A DNA stretch of 59,099 nucleotides, counting the filler, from Dugesia japonica (taxonomy: Eukaryota), in the NCBI GenBank assembly GCA_001938525.1. It is 5 parts of 5 records of this genome, joined end to end, with 100 filler letters (N's around TTAATTAATTAA, not from the genome) between each part and the next. Parts side by side here need not be neighbours in the genome. Positions count along the whole stretch, not along the records: positions 23,494 to 38,535 come from MQRL01589337.1; 4 more parts are not named here. One strand, written 5' to 3'. A program made the position numbers and the translations under genes. Positions 23,494-36,671 of this stretch are shown piece after piece. How positions within the stretch are numbered: the stretch's first letter is position 1; the number at the start of each line of letters is the position of its first letter. The notes under the pieces were generated by a model. That model did not search any database, had not been told where the DNA came from, and saw nothing but the letters and a program-made list of their open reading frames with translations.

Positions 23494-25800
23494 CTTTTAT
23501 CTAATTTGGAGTCGTATTCATAGGCATAACATTTTGATTTAATAAAATCGCATTTAGTTATTTCATTGTTTGGTTTTTCATCTTTCATTTGAAATAAATT
23601 ATTTCCAATAAACTTGTTACTTGTTTTAAATTTTCTTGTCCAATTATTTCTATAAATATAGAATCAGTATCTGAGTAATGAATTTTGTATGGGGCCCTTT
23701 GGGATTTATTAGGAATCTTTACATCTAATTGATTATTAATAAAGTCATAAATTACTTCTTTAACATATTCTAAAATAGTAAAACCAATGTAAGGGAATTT
23801 ATTATACTTTAATTTACTCTGTCTTAAATGGATTGCTGCTGTTTCTGCTTCCAAAGGTNGCGAGTGTCCACGAGCTTCTCCTGTTTCTGTACATGTAAAT
23901 ATTTTACTTGATTTAAAATTTATTTTAGAAGTAAATGTTTGACAATCTTTATCAGTTTCAACTATTTCAACATTACATCTTTTTCTGATATCTTCTAATG
24001 TTTTACCATAAAAAGCATTATTTAATAATTTGAAAAAGTAATCTCCAAAAACATCGTTATTTCTTTTTGATTCATTTCTTTGACCAATAGTAAATTGAAT
24101 ATAATCTTTTAACCAACGGTTTGTTGGCATTTTATATTTACTATGAATTGTTTTTATTTTCCTTCTTAAAGATTTGTATAAATCTAATGTACTTCCTAAA
24201 ACAATATAATTTTGTTTATCAAATTGATATTTACTTTTTACATAAATTCCAAGAGATAATGGTTTTTGTTTATTTGTAATTGTACTTGTCCAACTTTCCA
24301 AATCTGCATAAATTACAAAAGGTAATTCATTTGTGTAATAATTATTTTTAAATGAATAATATTTATCAGTTTCATAATAAAAATTTGATGAATAATGATT
24401 TATACATTCTTTTTGATGATCAATTAATAAAGTTTTACTTCTAAATGAATTCATACAACATAACCATAATTCATTTTGATGATTATTAGTATTTGCAAAA
24501 ACGCCAACATTTCTACATAAAATATAATGACCTTTATAAAATAATAAATTAAATTTATTCGGGGCCCCTTCTGAAGCATTTGAATTANNNNNNNNNNNNN
24601 NNNNNNNNNNNNNNNNNNNNNNNNNNNNNNNNNNNNNGATGGGACCCTTTGGGATTTCGTTCATAATGAGAAATGTAAATAGGATAGATTTTTACTTTTG
24701 ATGTTACTTCAAATACATTTACTTTAAAATCATTTAATTTTTCAAATAATTTTACATCATCAATACTAGCTGAAAAATTAATTCCGTTTGTTTTCAATTC
24801 TGGAATAAATTGTTTATAAACACTTGCTTTAGTTTGATGATTTTGAAAAACATGTTTATGAGNTAAAATAAAATATATAAAACCATAATTATCCTTATTT
24901 ACAATATTAATTACACCTGGTTTTGAAAATGATAATTTCTTAAGTTGCACCAGCAATAGATTGATATTTAGAAAGTTCGATTTTAAAATTAACAATACGA
25001 TCCAAATTCCAACCAGATTCATTTTGATCTTCATCTTCCATGAATCTTTGAAGTTGATTTATTAAATTATTTACAATAATTTTTACATCACTTTGAACAG
25101 TGATTGTTTCATTATCAGAATATGAATTAAATATTCTTTCTTTGCCCTCCGTTTGCGTCTTTACAATTTACACTCAATTGCAACATCATTTTCTTTGAAT
25201 AATCAAAATATATATCAACAATTTTAGTAATTTCTTTTTTAAAATAACTCCTGTATTTAAAACATAATTGTTGATTATTATTTCTAGTTAATTCAATTTT
25301 ACTTTCTTTAAAATATTCGATTTTATAATATTTTATATTCTTTAAATGTTTAAATAAATTTCTTGTTTCATTCTTTTCAAAATCAATTACCTCATCACCA
25401 GGTAATTTCATCAAATAATTTTTTAGTTTCATCTTCTTTCAATTTCAAAACACGATCTTTGTGTATTCCACTATTAAAATGTGATTTTGCATGATTATAT
25501 TTACTAAAAATTAAATGGGGCCCGTTGGGATTGCAAATATCACAATATAATGGAAATACACCAATCCCAGACATGCCTCAAATACTTCCACAATTTGTGG
25601 ATTTTTTATGCAATCGCAAGCCTTTTTCTCTTGCTAATCTTTTGAAGCAAATGCTACATGTGAAATAATTGTGTACCGATAAGGCACATGTTTGAGATTG
25701 GATATGCGACGAATACCCTGGGTTTTTTTAAAAGTCTTGTTACAAACAGGACATTTAAAAATTACCGCTAAAGCGCTTTTTCCACTTATTCATTTTATAG
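23494..25800 (-). mobile_element. Polinton/Maverick protein-primed family B DNA polymerase gene, decayed and internally deleted, with upstream C2H2 zinc-finger region
   Basis: VIYADLES (ExoI), FFKLLNNAFYGKTLED (motif B), HYSDTDSIF (motif C), FEKLNDFKVNVF..IYPIYIS and LLFYKGHYILC. Zinc fingers FKCPVC and YCDIC..H..H lie at 25460-25765. Confidence 0.9.
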
Positions 25801-25949
25801 AGAATAAATATAGGTTGAACAAAAAAACTACCTTAAGGTTATTGTTTTGATAATGCTAAATTATTTCTTTTCTATTGTGGAATTTCTAGAATTTCAAAAG
25901 TATTTGTTTTAACATTAAAAGCACAATCACCACAATTATTTTTAAAATA

Positions 25950-27300
25950 CAATGCCGTCCATATGTTTTGGGCCACCCCTATAAAATGATGAAAATATAT
26001 AATTATAAGTACTTTAATTTAGACTATATTTAAAAATATCAAATAATATGTTGAAGTACATGTTTCCAATAAAAAATTTTCAAAGTAAAATTGTTGTAAG
26101 TGTAGAAAAACCGATTTTTCCAAAAACATCAATTTTTAGGTCATTTTGAATACAAGAGTAAAAATTCAATAAAACATCTTTTATTTACATTTCAAATGAG
26201 GNAACACATTATAATAAATAGTCCACCTCATGAACAATCAAGACACTCAAAATTAGTACCTTGTATTCATACCTTTATGTTTAATTACCCCTTGAATCCT
26301 TCTTGGCATGCTTTCATAAAGATTTTTAATTTTAGATGTTGGAATCAACGCCCATTGCTCCTCGGAATTCTTCCACAGTGCCTCAATATTTGCTGGCTTA
26401 CACATAGCAACTTGGGCTTTTAGGTCAGCTCAATTATATTCAGGTCTGATGATTGAGCCGGCCAATCACTGAGTACGCAGATTTTTTTCATGTCCAAAAA
26501 AGAAGACACCAATCGTGATTTATAGCATGGAACTCCGTTACATATGAAGCTCCAGAATATATTTGTTGAAAAATATTCTGTGCCTCATATATTGGCAACA
26601 ACCCTTTCTTCAATACATTCATGTAGACATCAGAATTCACCTGATCCAGACACCTTATCAGAACTCTGGTACCATCTTCTTTGATNNNNNNNNNNNNNNN
26701 NNNNNNNNNNNCTCCGAATTTCACCGTTTTCGTGATATATTTTGGATTATACCTTGATCCTTGAGGTCTGCGGACATATTCCCTTCTTCTAGAAAACAGT
26801 TCTATGCGACTTTCATCAGTAAAAATCACCTCATTCCAAAAAGAAGGAAGCAGTTTGCTATAATCTCTGCACAACTTTAAGCAATTCTTGATATGTCTCT
26901 CATTTAAATATGGGTTTTTCACTGTAATTCGTCTGAACAAGCCATACTTTCTCAGAATGCGCTTCACAGTACTAACTGAGGAAGTTTGACTTAATTTCCA
27001 ATCGATAAAAAGATCACGTGCTGTTTTCTGGGGATTTTTCTATAACATCCGAATAAGTGATCTTTGTGCATTTTTCGGGTAACGACCACTTTTACTTAGG
27101 TTTTCCAATGTTCCATGTTGTTGCAGCTTCCGTACAATATGTTGAATATCATTCTTGAAATATTGAGTTCATTTGAAATGTTCGGCTGAGACAAACCCTC
27201 TTTCAATTTTTTAATGACTAAATTCCTAATATCTATTGATATCTTGGCATATCTTTAACATAAGAATTTCTAAAAGTAAAAAAATATATTACTTAATCAT
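25950..27300 (-). mobile_element. Tc1-family (DD34E) transposon, decayed, one TIR retained
   Basis: TA|CAATGCCGTCCATATG terminus at 25950. Transposase ~26280-27251 has FWNEVIFTDESRI, TVKFG, IFQQ and DWPAQSSDLNIIE, with frameshifts. Confidence 0.9.
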
Positions 27301-27479
27301 TAGTAAAATGTTGTACTTATAGATTTTACTTAAAAATTTAATTTATTCATTAAAATAGTTTATATATGTAAATAACATCAAAATTTAAAAAAACGCCTTA
27401 ACAAAACAAATCTATTTTAATAATTATAAAATAATTTTTGTAATTTGATTTTGATTTTGAAAAAGACTTTATGGGTTTT

Positions 27480-28157
27480 GCTTTTTTGAAAATCGTTTTA
27501 TTAAAGATTCATCTTGACCATTAACATCTCTTTTTGAAATTTTAATGTTTTCTATTATTATAAGGAATATTAAATTCTTTTAAATATTTTATTAATTTTT
27601 TATCATTTACATTATTTGTTTACAAAAACTTGAAACAGAATTTTCTATAAAATTATAACTCTTAAGAAGTTTATAAAAATCACTTTGCATGATCTCATTA
27701 CTTACCATTTTATTTATAAAAAATTTTTACATAACCATAGAAAACCATACGGAACCTAATCAGAACCTAATCAAAATCTTAAATGTACCATGACAAAAAC
27801 TTATTAAAAATAATAATAACTAAAAATTTATTTCAATATTATATTTTTTATTTTTTCTAATTTTTCTTTCAAGTTTTCATTTTCTGTTTGCATTTGATCA
27901 ACCAGTTTTGTTAAAGATTCATATTGTCCATAAACATATCTTTTTCAAGTTTTAATATTTGTTCTTCTATTATAAGAAATATTAAATTCTCTTAAATATT
28001 TTATTATTGTTTTCTCATTTACATTATTTTCTTTGCAAAAACTTGAAACAGAATTTTTTATAAAATTATAACTTTTTAAGAGTTTATAAAAATTTTCTTC
28101 AGTTGATCCAATTACTATATTTATTCCATTTATTATAATTGTATTGTTGAAATCCAT
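27480..28157 (-). pseudogene. Two tandem copies of a small HTH-like ORF (probably a Polinton accessory gene)
   Basis: FYKLLKSYNFIKNSVSSFCKENNVNEKTIIKYLREFNI (27945-28157) is repeated, decayed, at ~27500-27720. Confidence 0.5.
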
Positions 28158-28223
28158 TTTCTATACTAATAAAATTTTATATTTTTCAAAAACAAAAAAT
28201 TAAAAAACCAAGACGCCAACCCA

Positions 28224-28370
28224 AGTAGACGAGAAATGACCGTTTCCCGTTGGTTTTACAATTTATTTTCACAATTCAAAATTTTATATTGTTATTTTTT
28301 CTAAGTATTAAACATGTAAGTGAAGAAGAAGGGCAGAACCTTACTGGAAAACCGTTATTTCTCGTCTACT
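28224..28370. repeat. 147-bp segment bounded by ~25-bp inverted repeats AGTAGACGAGAAAT...ATTTCTCGTCTACT
   Basis: Direct reverse-complement match. Confidence 0.75.
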
Positions 28371-29019
28371 TCTGTTACATGCTCATTAATCGTGAGAAAA
28401 CGATCCTTTCTTGAAACGATTGGTAACTAGTAGGTGGATCGTTTATACTAATTCAGTGCCAAAAAGTCTTGGTCCTGGAGATATAATCCGCTCAAAGTAA
28501 AATAGAAAGCTGAGACTCATTAGAAAAAGCTTAAAGGTGTCCTGATTTTTGAGCTTCTACTAAGAAAGCAAACAATGTGAAAACACATAGATTTAATCAT
28601 CTGTAAAAGTTATTGGCGTTTGAATTGGATTTACTGCTACAACCACAATACTCACATAACCTTTCACCATCAGATTTCCATTCATTTCACTATCCTCAAA
28701 ACTCCTTGTATGGTGTAATGTTGAAATCAGATGTGGCTATAAATCAACATAAAAACGACAGAAAAGCGCTAGAAGCAATTGAAATGCACTAAACAAGCAG
28801 CAAACCAATTTTTCATTTTATTAAAGCATTAAATCATCAGATATCCAAAATTATATGATTCTTTAGTAAGTATTCAAAATCAAATGATAATTTTAATTTG
28901 GAATCATTTTTATTATTTAATACAATCAATAGTCGATATATTATATTTAATAAAATTTATATTAAACGTTTAACATAAATTGTTGAAAAGTAGTAAAATT
29001 AAAATCTCAACAAAAATTT

Positions 29020-31100
29020 CGGAAAGAATGGATTCCGCAAGATGATTTTAAAGATCGGTTGAAAGCAAATGAAGTAGACTGCACTAAAGGATTTTCCATT
29101 TATTATAAATGTGCAATTGCAGCAAAAAAGCTTATTTAACAAGACATTTGACCACTACTAAACATTNNNNNNNNNAAACTACTCATGTCTAACAGTCAAG
29201 CCAAATTAAATTTTCCAATAATTAATAAATTTCGAGATTGAAGCACTTCGCACAATTTATATTTCCCAACATTGCCCATTACATTCTGTTGATCATCTCG
29301 TAGATCTTTTTAAAATTATTAACAAAGAAAACAAAACAAATTAGAACCAAGTATACAAAAATTATAACAAATGTTTTATCACCACACTATAAGGATAAAT
29401 TATAAAACCATATCAGTGCCAAAAAATTTAGTTTAATTATATATGGAATCAAATGATATTTCCTTTACCATCCATCCAAACTAATAAGTCCTTTAGACAA
29501 TATATAGACCAAATTTTTGTCCAACCACAACCAAATCTTCAAAACCACAAAAAATTATCTCCCAGATCTCCAGCTCCTCCTCCTCGTTTTTTCCAGTCTT
29601 ACACACACAAAAACTCAACTTGACCTACTTTTTAAAAACCACCTTAGCAACTCAAACACACAAAATTTAAAAATACACACACTTTCAGGATAAAAAAAAC
29701 TGATCCGATCAAAAAATTTTTTAACCCAAAAATCTTAGAAAAAAAACGAGCACACAAATCATGTCTAAAAACACAGCTCAAGCGTAATGTGTTTCCGAGC
29801 CTCCCGGGGGGGTTGATTTAGAAAATTGTGCCCGTGTGCCACTATCTATCTATTTACGACTAATTATCCGTTATTATTCAGAAAATAGTAAAATAAAACG
29901 TGGTTAAAACTTATTTGAATTTGATTGAATTAGATGAATGTCAAGCAGAAGGTTTATATAAATCAATTAAAACGTGTTTAAAGAAATACAATTTAGAAAT
30001 CAAAATTTTGATCGAAAGAGGAACTGGCAATACTTCTGTTACGACTCGACATTTTCGCGAAGTTAAAAAGCGATATCTCTCACTTAGTTTTAATTAGATG
30101 CATTTGTCATTCAATATAATTAGCAACATCATACCAAGTTTCAGAGTTTATGCCGATAAACTTGGATTTTCTAGAACAAGAAACATAATTGGTTTTCCTT
30201 TTCAGTTACATGACAAGCAAAGTAAAAAAAAGTTGTTTAATACAATTAACATTAATAAACATTCCTTGAAAATTGCTCAAACCATTAAGAATCTTTGGTT
30301 AGCACTGTAAACATCTGTGTCTGGAATTTTTGTTCAATGGATCGAACTTAAGCTGCGATTTAATTTGGCGAGAAATGATGAAAGATGCTATACTGCTAAA
30401 GTGCTATCATTGATGTTTAATGATAATAAAAACTTCATTCTTTTGATGTTTTTGAAGCATATTTTAATTTAAGTTCAACGCGTCAACAAAATGTTTGAAG
30501 CGGAGAACTCAGATTCAACTAAACCTTTAGTCAGTTTAACACAATTATTTAACAGAATCATTATGCAATATTGTTGTTGTTCCTGTTAAAAAATTATATT
30601 TAGGATATGAATTCGAAAATTAATTAAAAGAATCTAAGTTATCTAACGAGAAAGAAAGAGATTTACGTGTTTGATGCATTAATTTTGTAATAAAATTTAT
30701 TCTGATTTTGAATCAACGTTTGCCTGATAATTACAAAACATTAATTACAATGTATCGATCAATGCAAAGGAGTGTTTTAAAACAATTAAAGAACTTTTAA
30801 TAGACCTTGTCAGCGATAGTGATACATTATCCAAAATAGATAAGCAATGTAAAATGGACAAACAATGAGAAATCTTTTGATCTGCGAATTGAAAGCATTC
30901 AATAAAGAGATGCAGCATATAGCAACTCTTGTGAAAATATTTCTGATTACGCAATATCAATTTTTTCATTACTCCCTTCTAATGCTGATGTCGAGAGACT
31001 TTTCAGTGTTATGAATACTATTAAAAATAAATAGCTTAGTCGAATGTGTTTAGAAATACTAAAAGCTACCATAACAGTTAAATTGTTTTGAAAGTTTCTA
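29020..31100 (+). mobile_element. hAT transposase pseudogene
   Basis: KFRKEW...C..RHLTTTKH N-terminus, FSLII.ESNDIS...LIIRYYS, LNLIELDECQAEGLYKSIK and C-terminal SNADVERLFSVMNTIKNK dimerisation motif. Many stops. Confidence 0.85.
29468..29854. mobile_element. Insertion within the hAT transposase, ending in ...GTGTGCCACTATCTATCTATT
   Basis: It splits ESNDIS from LIIRYYS. The terminus matches those at 56-71 and 14516-14536. Confidence 0.6.
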
Positions 31101-31974
31101 GAAAATATTGTAATTCCCAAACATGTAATGATTTAAATTGAAAGTGCTGAAATATAAAACATCATCGTAATCGAGAACACTATCCTTGTTGAGACAAAAT
31201 GAAAATATCATTTGGGATTTATTAGTTAAATTCAGAACCTCACAACTCTCCATAAGTTTTGATTTTATTATTACAAGTTTTTGATTTAAAGTGAAAAAAA
31301 GCTGAAGATTAATTGATAGTATTCAAACAAAAAACCTGAGAAATTTAAATAAAATATTTAAAAAAAATATCGATTTTAATTTTATGAAATATTTAATTTT
31401 CATATATCTTTAATTGTTTTCAAATATAATTTCACAAAATAATCTTATACTTTTATAATTTTGAAAAAATATAATATAAAGAAATTATTTAAATAATTTG
31501 TATTTAAAAAATGTTTATATATTAAAGATTTTTGTTTTACTTTTTTACTTTTAATCGTTGAATGTTTTTAAAAAATAAATTTAATATAATAAATATAAAA
31601 ATTTAAAAAATCTCAGATTTTTGAAATCTTTAAATCCATCTTACAGGATTTATTACTAAAAGAGGACTATAATTATTGAGAATTGCTGGTTGTGTTATAT
31701 AAAAAAATGTAGTAAACTTATTTTATAATATATATTTTTCTAAAATATGAAGAATTAAATAAATTTACTTATTCGACGAAAAATAAAATCTGCCTTTCCT
31801 ATAATTATTTGAGAAAAATTTATCTGCGACTTTTAAATGATAAGTCAAAATTTTAAAGAACAATTTAATATAAATATAGGAAACATTAAAATATTATCAT
31901 AAATAGATGATAATATTTTTTAGTTTGTTTAATAAACTATATTTTTTATGTACCTACGATAATTTCTATATATA

Positions 31975-32059
31975 ATCATCTCTCTATAACGTCAAACCTC
32001 CCTATAACGTCACTCAGTTCCGGTCGCGATGGGCGACTTTTAAGGGATATTCGACTGTA
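31975..32059. mobile_element. pogo/Tigger-like MITE end
   Basis: Repeated CTATAACGTCA and terminal TTCGACTG|TA. Confidence 0.5.
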
Positions 32060-32119
32060 CATAATTTTAAATCCTTAGCTGTTTCTAAATATAATATAAA
32101 AAATGTATAAACAACAATT

Positions 32120-34065
32120 TTTTTTACAATTACAATTGCGAGAATAATTGTTGAACATAACCATTGATGGTTTTTCAGAATTCATTTAAAATAAAAGCTT
32201 CGATCAAAAAATTATTTTTTTTGCGTTAATAAAATGAAATATTATCAAAAACAAGTTTTGATTTTTTTACTCCTTAATTCGAGAATTATTTCGCAAATAA
32301 ACACTTAAAAATACAATCTTGAAATGAATTTAATATTTTTGGAAATTCAAAGAAATCTTTCGGAAAAATAGCTTAACAAGAAAAAAATGAATAAAAAATA
32401 TTAAAAATGAAATTTTTTAATTATGAACAAAAATATTAAAAAATTTTGATTTTTTTGCAAAATTTTCCATAAAAAACATTTTGAAAATGCTTTTTCTGAA
32501 ATTTTGATGGAATTATATTCAGATGAAATATGATCATTTAAAATTTAAATAGTATTTTTTATTTAAGAATCTAAATTTTAAAATTTATAATAAAATATAA
32601 ATATGTAAATATTCTTTAGAATTTTCTAATAATAATCTTATTTCTTTTTCCAAGTATTTTATTTGTTTTGTTTGATTTGAGTTTATATACAAACAAACTT
32701 ATTTATGATAAAAATGTTATAAATCAGAAAAAAAAACACTATTTTACAATAAAAGCACCAAATTAGCACTAAAATAATGAATAAACGCGCTAGAAAAGTT
32801 AAACTTAAGCATCAAAAGTATTTGGAAAAACACCATATTTGACAAGAAACGCACTAAGTTAGCAAACTTACTTATAATATTTCACATTATAAACTATTTT
32901 ATTCCGTTATTTAATTTATTCTATATTTCCATTACACTCATTTTTGTTTAAATTGATTTTAAATTAAGAACCTTTAATATATTTATAAAATCGAAATTTT
33001 CACAAACCTTATATTTACTAACTATGATCACAGTTGGCATAACGGAAAATGTCTAAAACTTTCTCGCGATGGGTAAAAATTTTAAAGAAATACAAGAGGT
33101 AACGAGGTTATCATATTTTATTGTGCAAAAGCAAATATAAACGGTTCTATCGGACCAACATATTGTTCTAATAAAAAAATGGATCAAAATTCTAACAGAA
33201 CGTAAAAATAAAAAACACAACGGCTTCTAAATGAACACATGTTTTTATTGTTAATAAATCTTTAAGTAATAAAATTATTTATATCATGGAATAACTCTGT
33301 AAATAAAAAATTTTAAAAATATTAATTCGTAAAATATGATTTCTGTAAATTCTCTTGAAAACAGCCTTTATCAGCTGTTAAACTTTAAATTAAAATAAAT
33401 GATTAATTAATTAAATTCTTAATATTTAAAACAAAAATATACTTTATTAAGTGTAGAATCGAAAAAGAGAAAGTAAAAAAAAAACAAACTAGAATTTTAG
33501 TAAAATTAAAATCGATAACAATTTACTAAAAAATTTGAGATAATCTCGATAAGAAAAAGATAATTTCAGAAATTAACACTAAAGATTATGAATATAAATA
33601 GTATTTATTAATAATTTCTAGAATTTCGAAGTGAAGAAAATGCGATTTTAGATAGAAGTAAAATGAAAATTGACATTAATTTTGGGATAATATTTATGGA
33701 AAGAGAATTTTAAAAGAAATTCCTGGTAAAATTTGTAATTAATCAAAATTTATTGAGGTGATTTAACGGAATAAAGAAAAATAAATGTCGATTTTAAAGT
33801 TAAAAAAAATTAAAATCAATAAATTAAACATTATTCATAAATACAATAAATTAATATTCAATTTAAATATTAATTATATATTTTAAAATTCATTAAAATG
33901 AAAGCTTCGATCAAAGTTTTATTAGTTTTAGATAATTATTATTATAAAAAACAACAAAAACCAGAAAAAACCAATTTTGACGGAAGCTTTTATTTTAATG
34001 AATTCTGATAAACGATCAATGGTTGTGTCCAACAATTATTTTCGCAATAATTGCAATTGTAAAAT
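32120..34065. mobile_element. ~1.9-kb region bounded by >100-bp inverted repeats (non-autonomous TIR element)
   Basis: ATTGCGAGAATAATTGTTGAACATAACCATTGAT...AAAAGCTTCGATCAAA (32135-32210) is inverted at 33975-34060. Related copies occur near 13560, 14060 and 20100. Confidence 0.6.
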
Positions 34066-36388
34066 ATATATTTCAAGTACTTTTATTTCTTTGTTTTATT
34101 TACAAAACTGATTGCATGTTATTTTATTACAAAAATTACAACTGTGAAATTTTCACTAATTGAGGGTCTTTAGTAATTACATAATTCATTTGGATCATTG
34201 CTAAACTATTATTGAACAATATTAATACATATATTTACAATTAAACTATACAAACCAAGGGTAGTNNNNNNNNNNNNNNNNNNNNNNNNNNNNTTGTATA
34301 GTTTTGTTGGCGGTAACATTTTAAGATGGCTCATCTTTCTCATAGCATCTTAATTTCGAATCCAAATTTTAGAACGATCAAATAGCATTCAACATTTTAG
34401 AATATAGTGTCAATATTATCATCCTATCTATTTGTACATTTTGTATGTTTACAGCAGGTCGATAGCAACGCAGTATCTCTCCTCCGCTGATAAAGTGTTT
34501 ACTAATTTTTGCATTAATAATATTTTGCAATTTGATTGGTCAATACATTTCAGTAAAAAAATGCTGTTTTTAAATTTGATTTTTTGAAAATTGATGACCT
34601 TTCTTTTTAAATTTTCCTGGCTAAAACATATCGCATCGTTTTAAATTTAGAAAAAATTAACTCTACAAATTGTCTAAAGAATTACTACTGAAAAATGCAT
34701 AGTTCTCACTGGAAGGTTTGTGCAGCACAGAAACATTTATAATGATACTAATTATAATTATAATTATGAAAAATAATAACAATACTTAGAACATCTGGAA
34801 CCATTCGATTCAGAATCATAAAACTGTCCATACATTGCCTAGAGAGCTATTATCGAAAAGCTCACTCTTATAGACAGGGAACAAATTTTGGTTTATAATT
34901 TCATTGGTAGAAAAAGTTTGCCTAAACAATTCAAATATTACATTTGTTTTAATTTTTTTCGGAAATTAAAAATACAATATTTAGTGGGCAATTTTAATTT
35001 GAATATAAACTGCTAATCAATGTTCTCCATATTGATTTAATTATCGAGTATTGACGATTATGACTTTACCAACCAGAAGAATATGAAGAATATCCAATAA
35101 CTATACATTACGAAACTCTGATCCAAACAATTTTTTACCTACTTTATTGACATCGTCTTAACCGTTGAATCCATTCCTCTGTAAAAGTTCTACCAATATC
35201 AGTTTCAGTTTATCAACATTATTTATATAGTGACAATTTTTGTGTCTCCTTCAAAAAAACTCCAAATTATCGTTCCTCGATTACCGAATGTGAACGGTAA
35301 ATCAAAAATCTTATTACCGGTAATATCAGCAAATTCCGGTAACAATCTTTTTTTTCGAGGTTAAACAAAATAAGCCTTTTAAAAAAAATTAACATGTGTA
35401 TTTCATACATAAAAAATAAACAAATAAATAAAGAAATCAATATTTAAATTAATTTCCTCATTCATCAGCAGTTTTGCCTGTGTGTAATTTGTACAATTAA
35501 TTTTTAATTGAAAATTTTGAAACAATGATGTGCAGATTTTCATCCGATAACTTAGTTCTTATTTTAGTGCAAATAAATTAAATTAAATTTCCCGGTTTTC
35601 TAATGACTGCTGCAGATACTTGAGTAAAACGAGATACTTTTGTGACCAAAAATAACGTGAAAATCTTCGAGTCACGTTATATTCGAGACAATTCAGGTAG
35701 AAAAGCCGTATGAACGGTGGTAAAGTTTAAATTATTTCTTATATGATTGTAAGCAATAATTATGGCAACTATGGCTTTTATGCAGTGACCAATTTAACTT
35801 TGGGTCTTGTCTAATAAGCCGGTTCCCTACACAGCTCTAGCCCTGGTAAAGATAACATGAATTATGATGCAATGTAAGATTAAATTGGTAAACATTTCTT
35901 TCAGTAATGAAGATACATAATTGATGGGAGTATTTTGAAAATAATTAAAATTTATTAGATTTATTTGTCAAATAAATTGGCAAAACATTTTTTTCAATAA
36001 AAATATAATAGAAAAAATATAAGAAATCGATAGATTTTGTAAAATTTAATTTAATTTTTCTCATAAAAATATAAACACAAATTTACATCTGCACAATTTT
36101 AATTATGGAATTTTAATGACGGATATGAAGTAAATAAATGTTTGTCAGCACATAGTGATAGAAATAAATGTTCGGTTTTTGAAAAGTAAATAAAATCTTA
36201 TATAAAATAAATTTTAGATAAATATTGAAATTTAAATTAGTGATTTTCGTAAATATTTTATTTTAACTTTATTAATTAAAATAATTTAAAATTTATTAAG
36301 TATGAAATAGATTTTTTTAATAAAAAAATTTTTCTAACAATAAAATGTACTTTATCACAATTATGATCTTAATTAATTAATTAATAAA

Positions 36389-36401
36389 TAATAATAATAA
36401 T

Positions 36402-36451
<50 letters not shown>

Positions 36452-36501
36452 NNNNNNNNNNNNNNNNNNNNNNNNNNNNNNNNNNNNNNNNNNNNNNNNN
36501 N

Positions 36502-36568
<67 letters not shown>
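36389..36568. repeat. (AAT)n microsatellite
   Basis: Direct inspection; spans a gap. Confidence 0.95.
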
Positions 36569-36671
36569 GTTTTACTTTTAATATTTAAAAATTATTGAAT
36601 AAATGAAAAAATAATAAATTTAAATGTTAAAATTTAATATTTTAAAAATTAATTTGCTGGGATTTTTTAGA

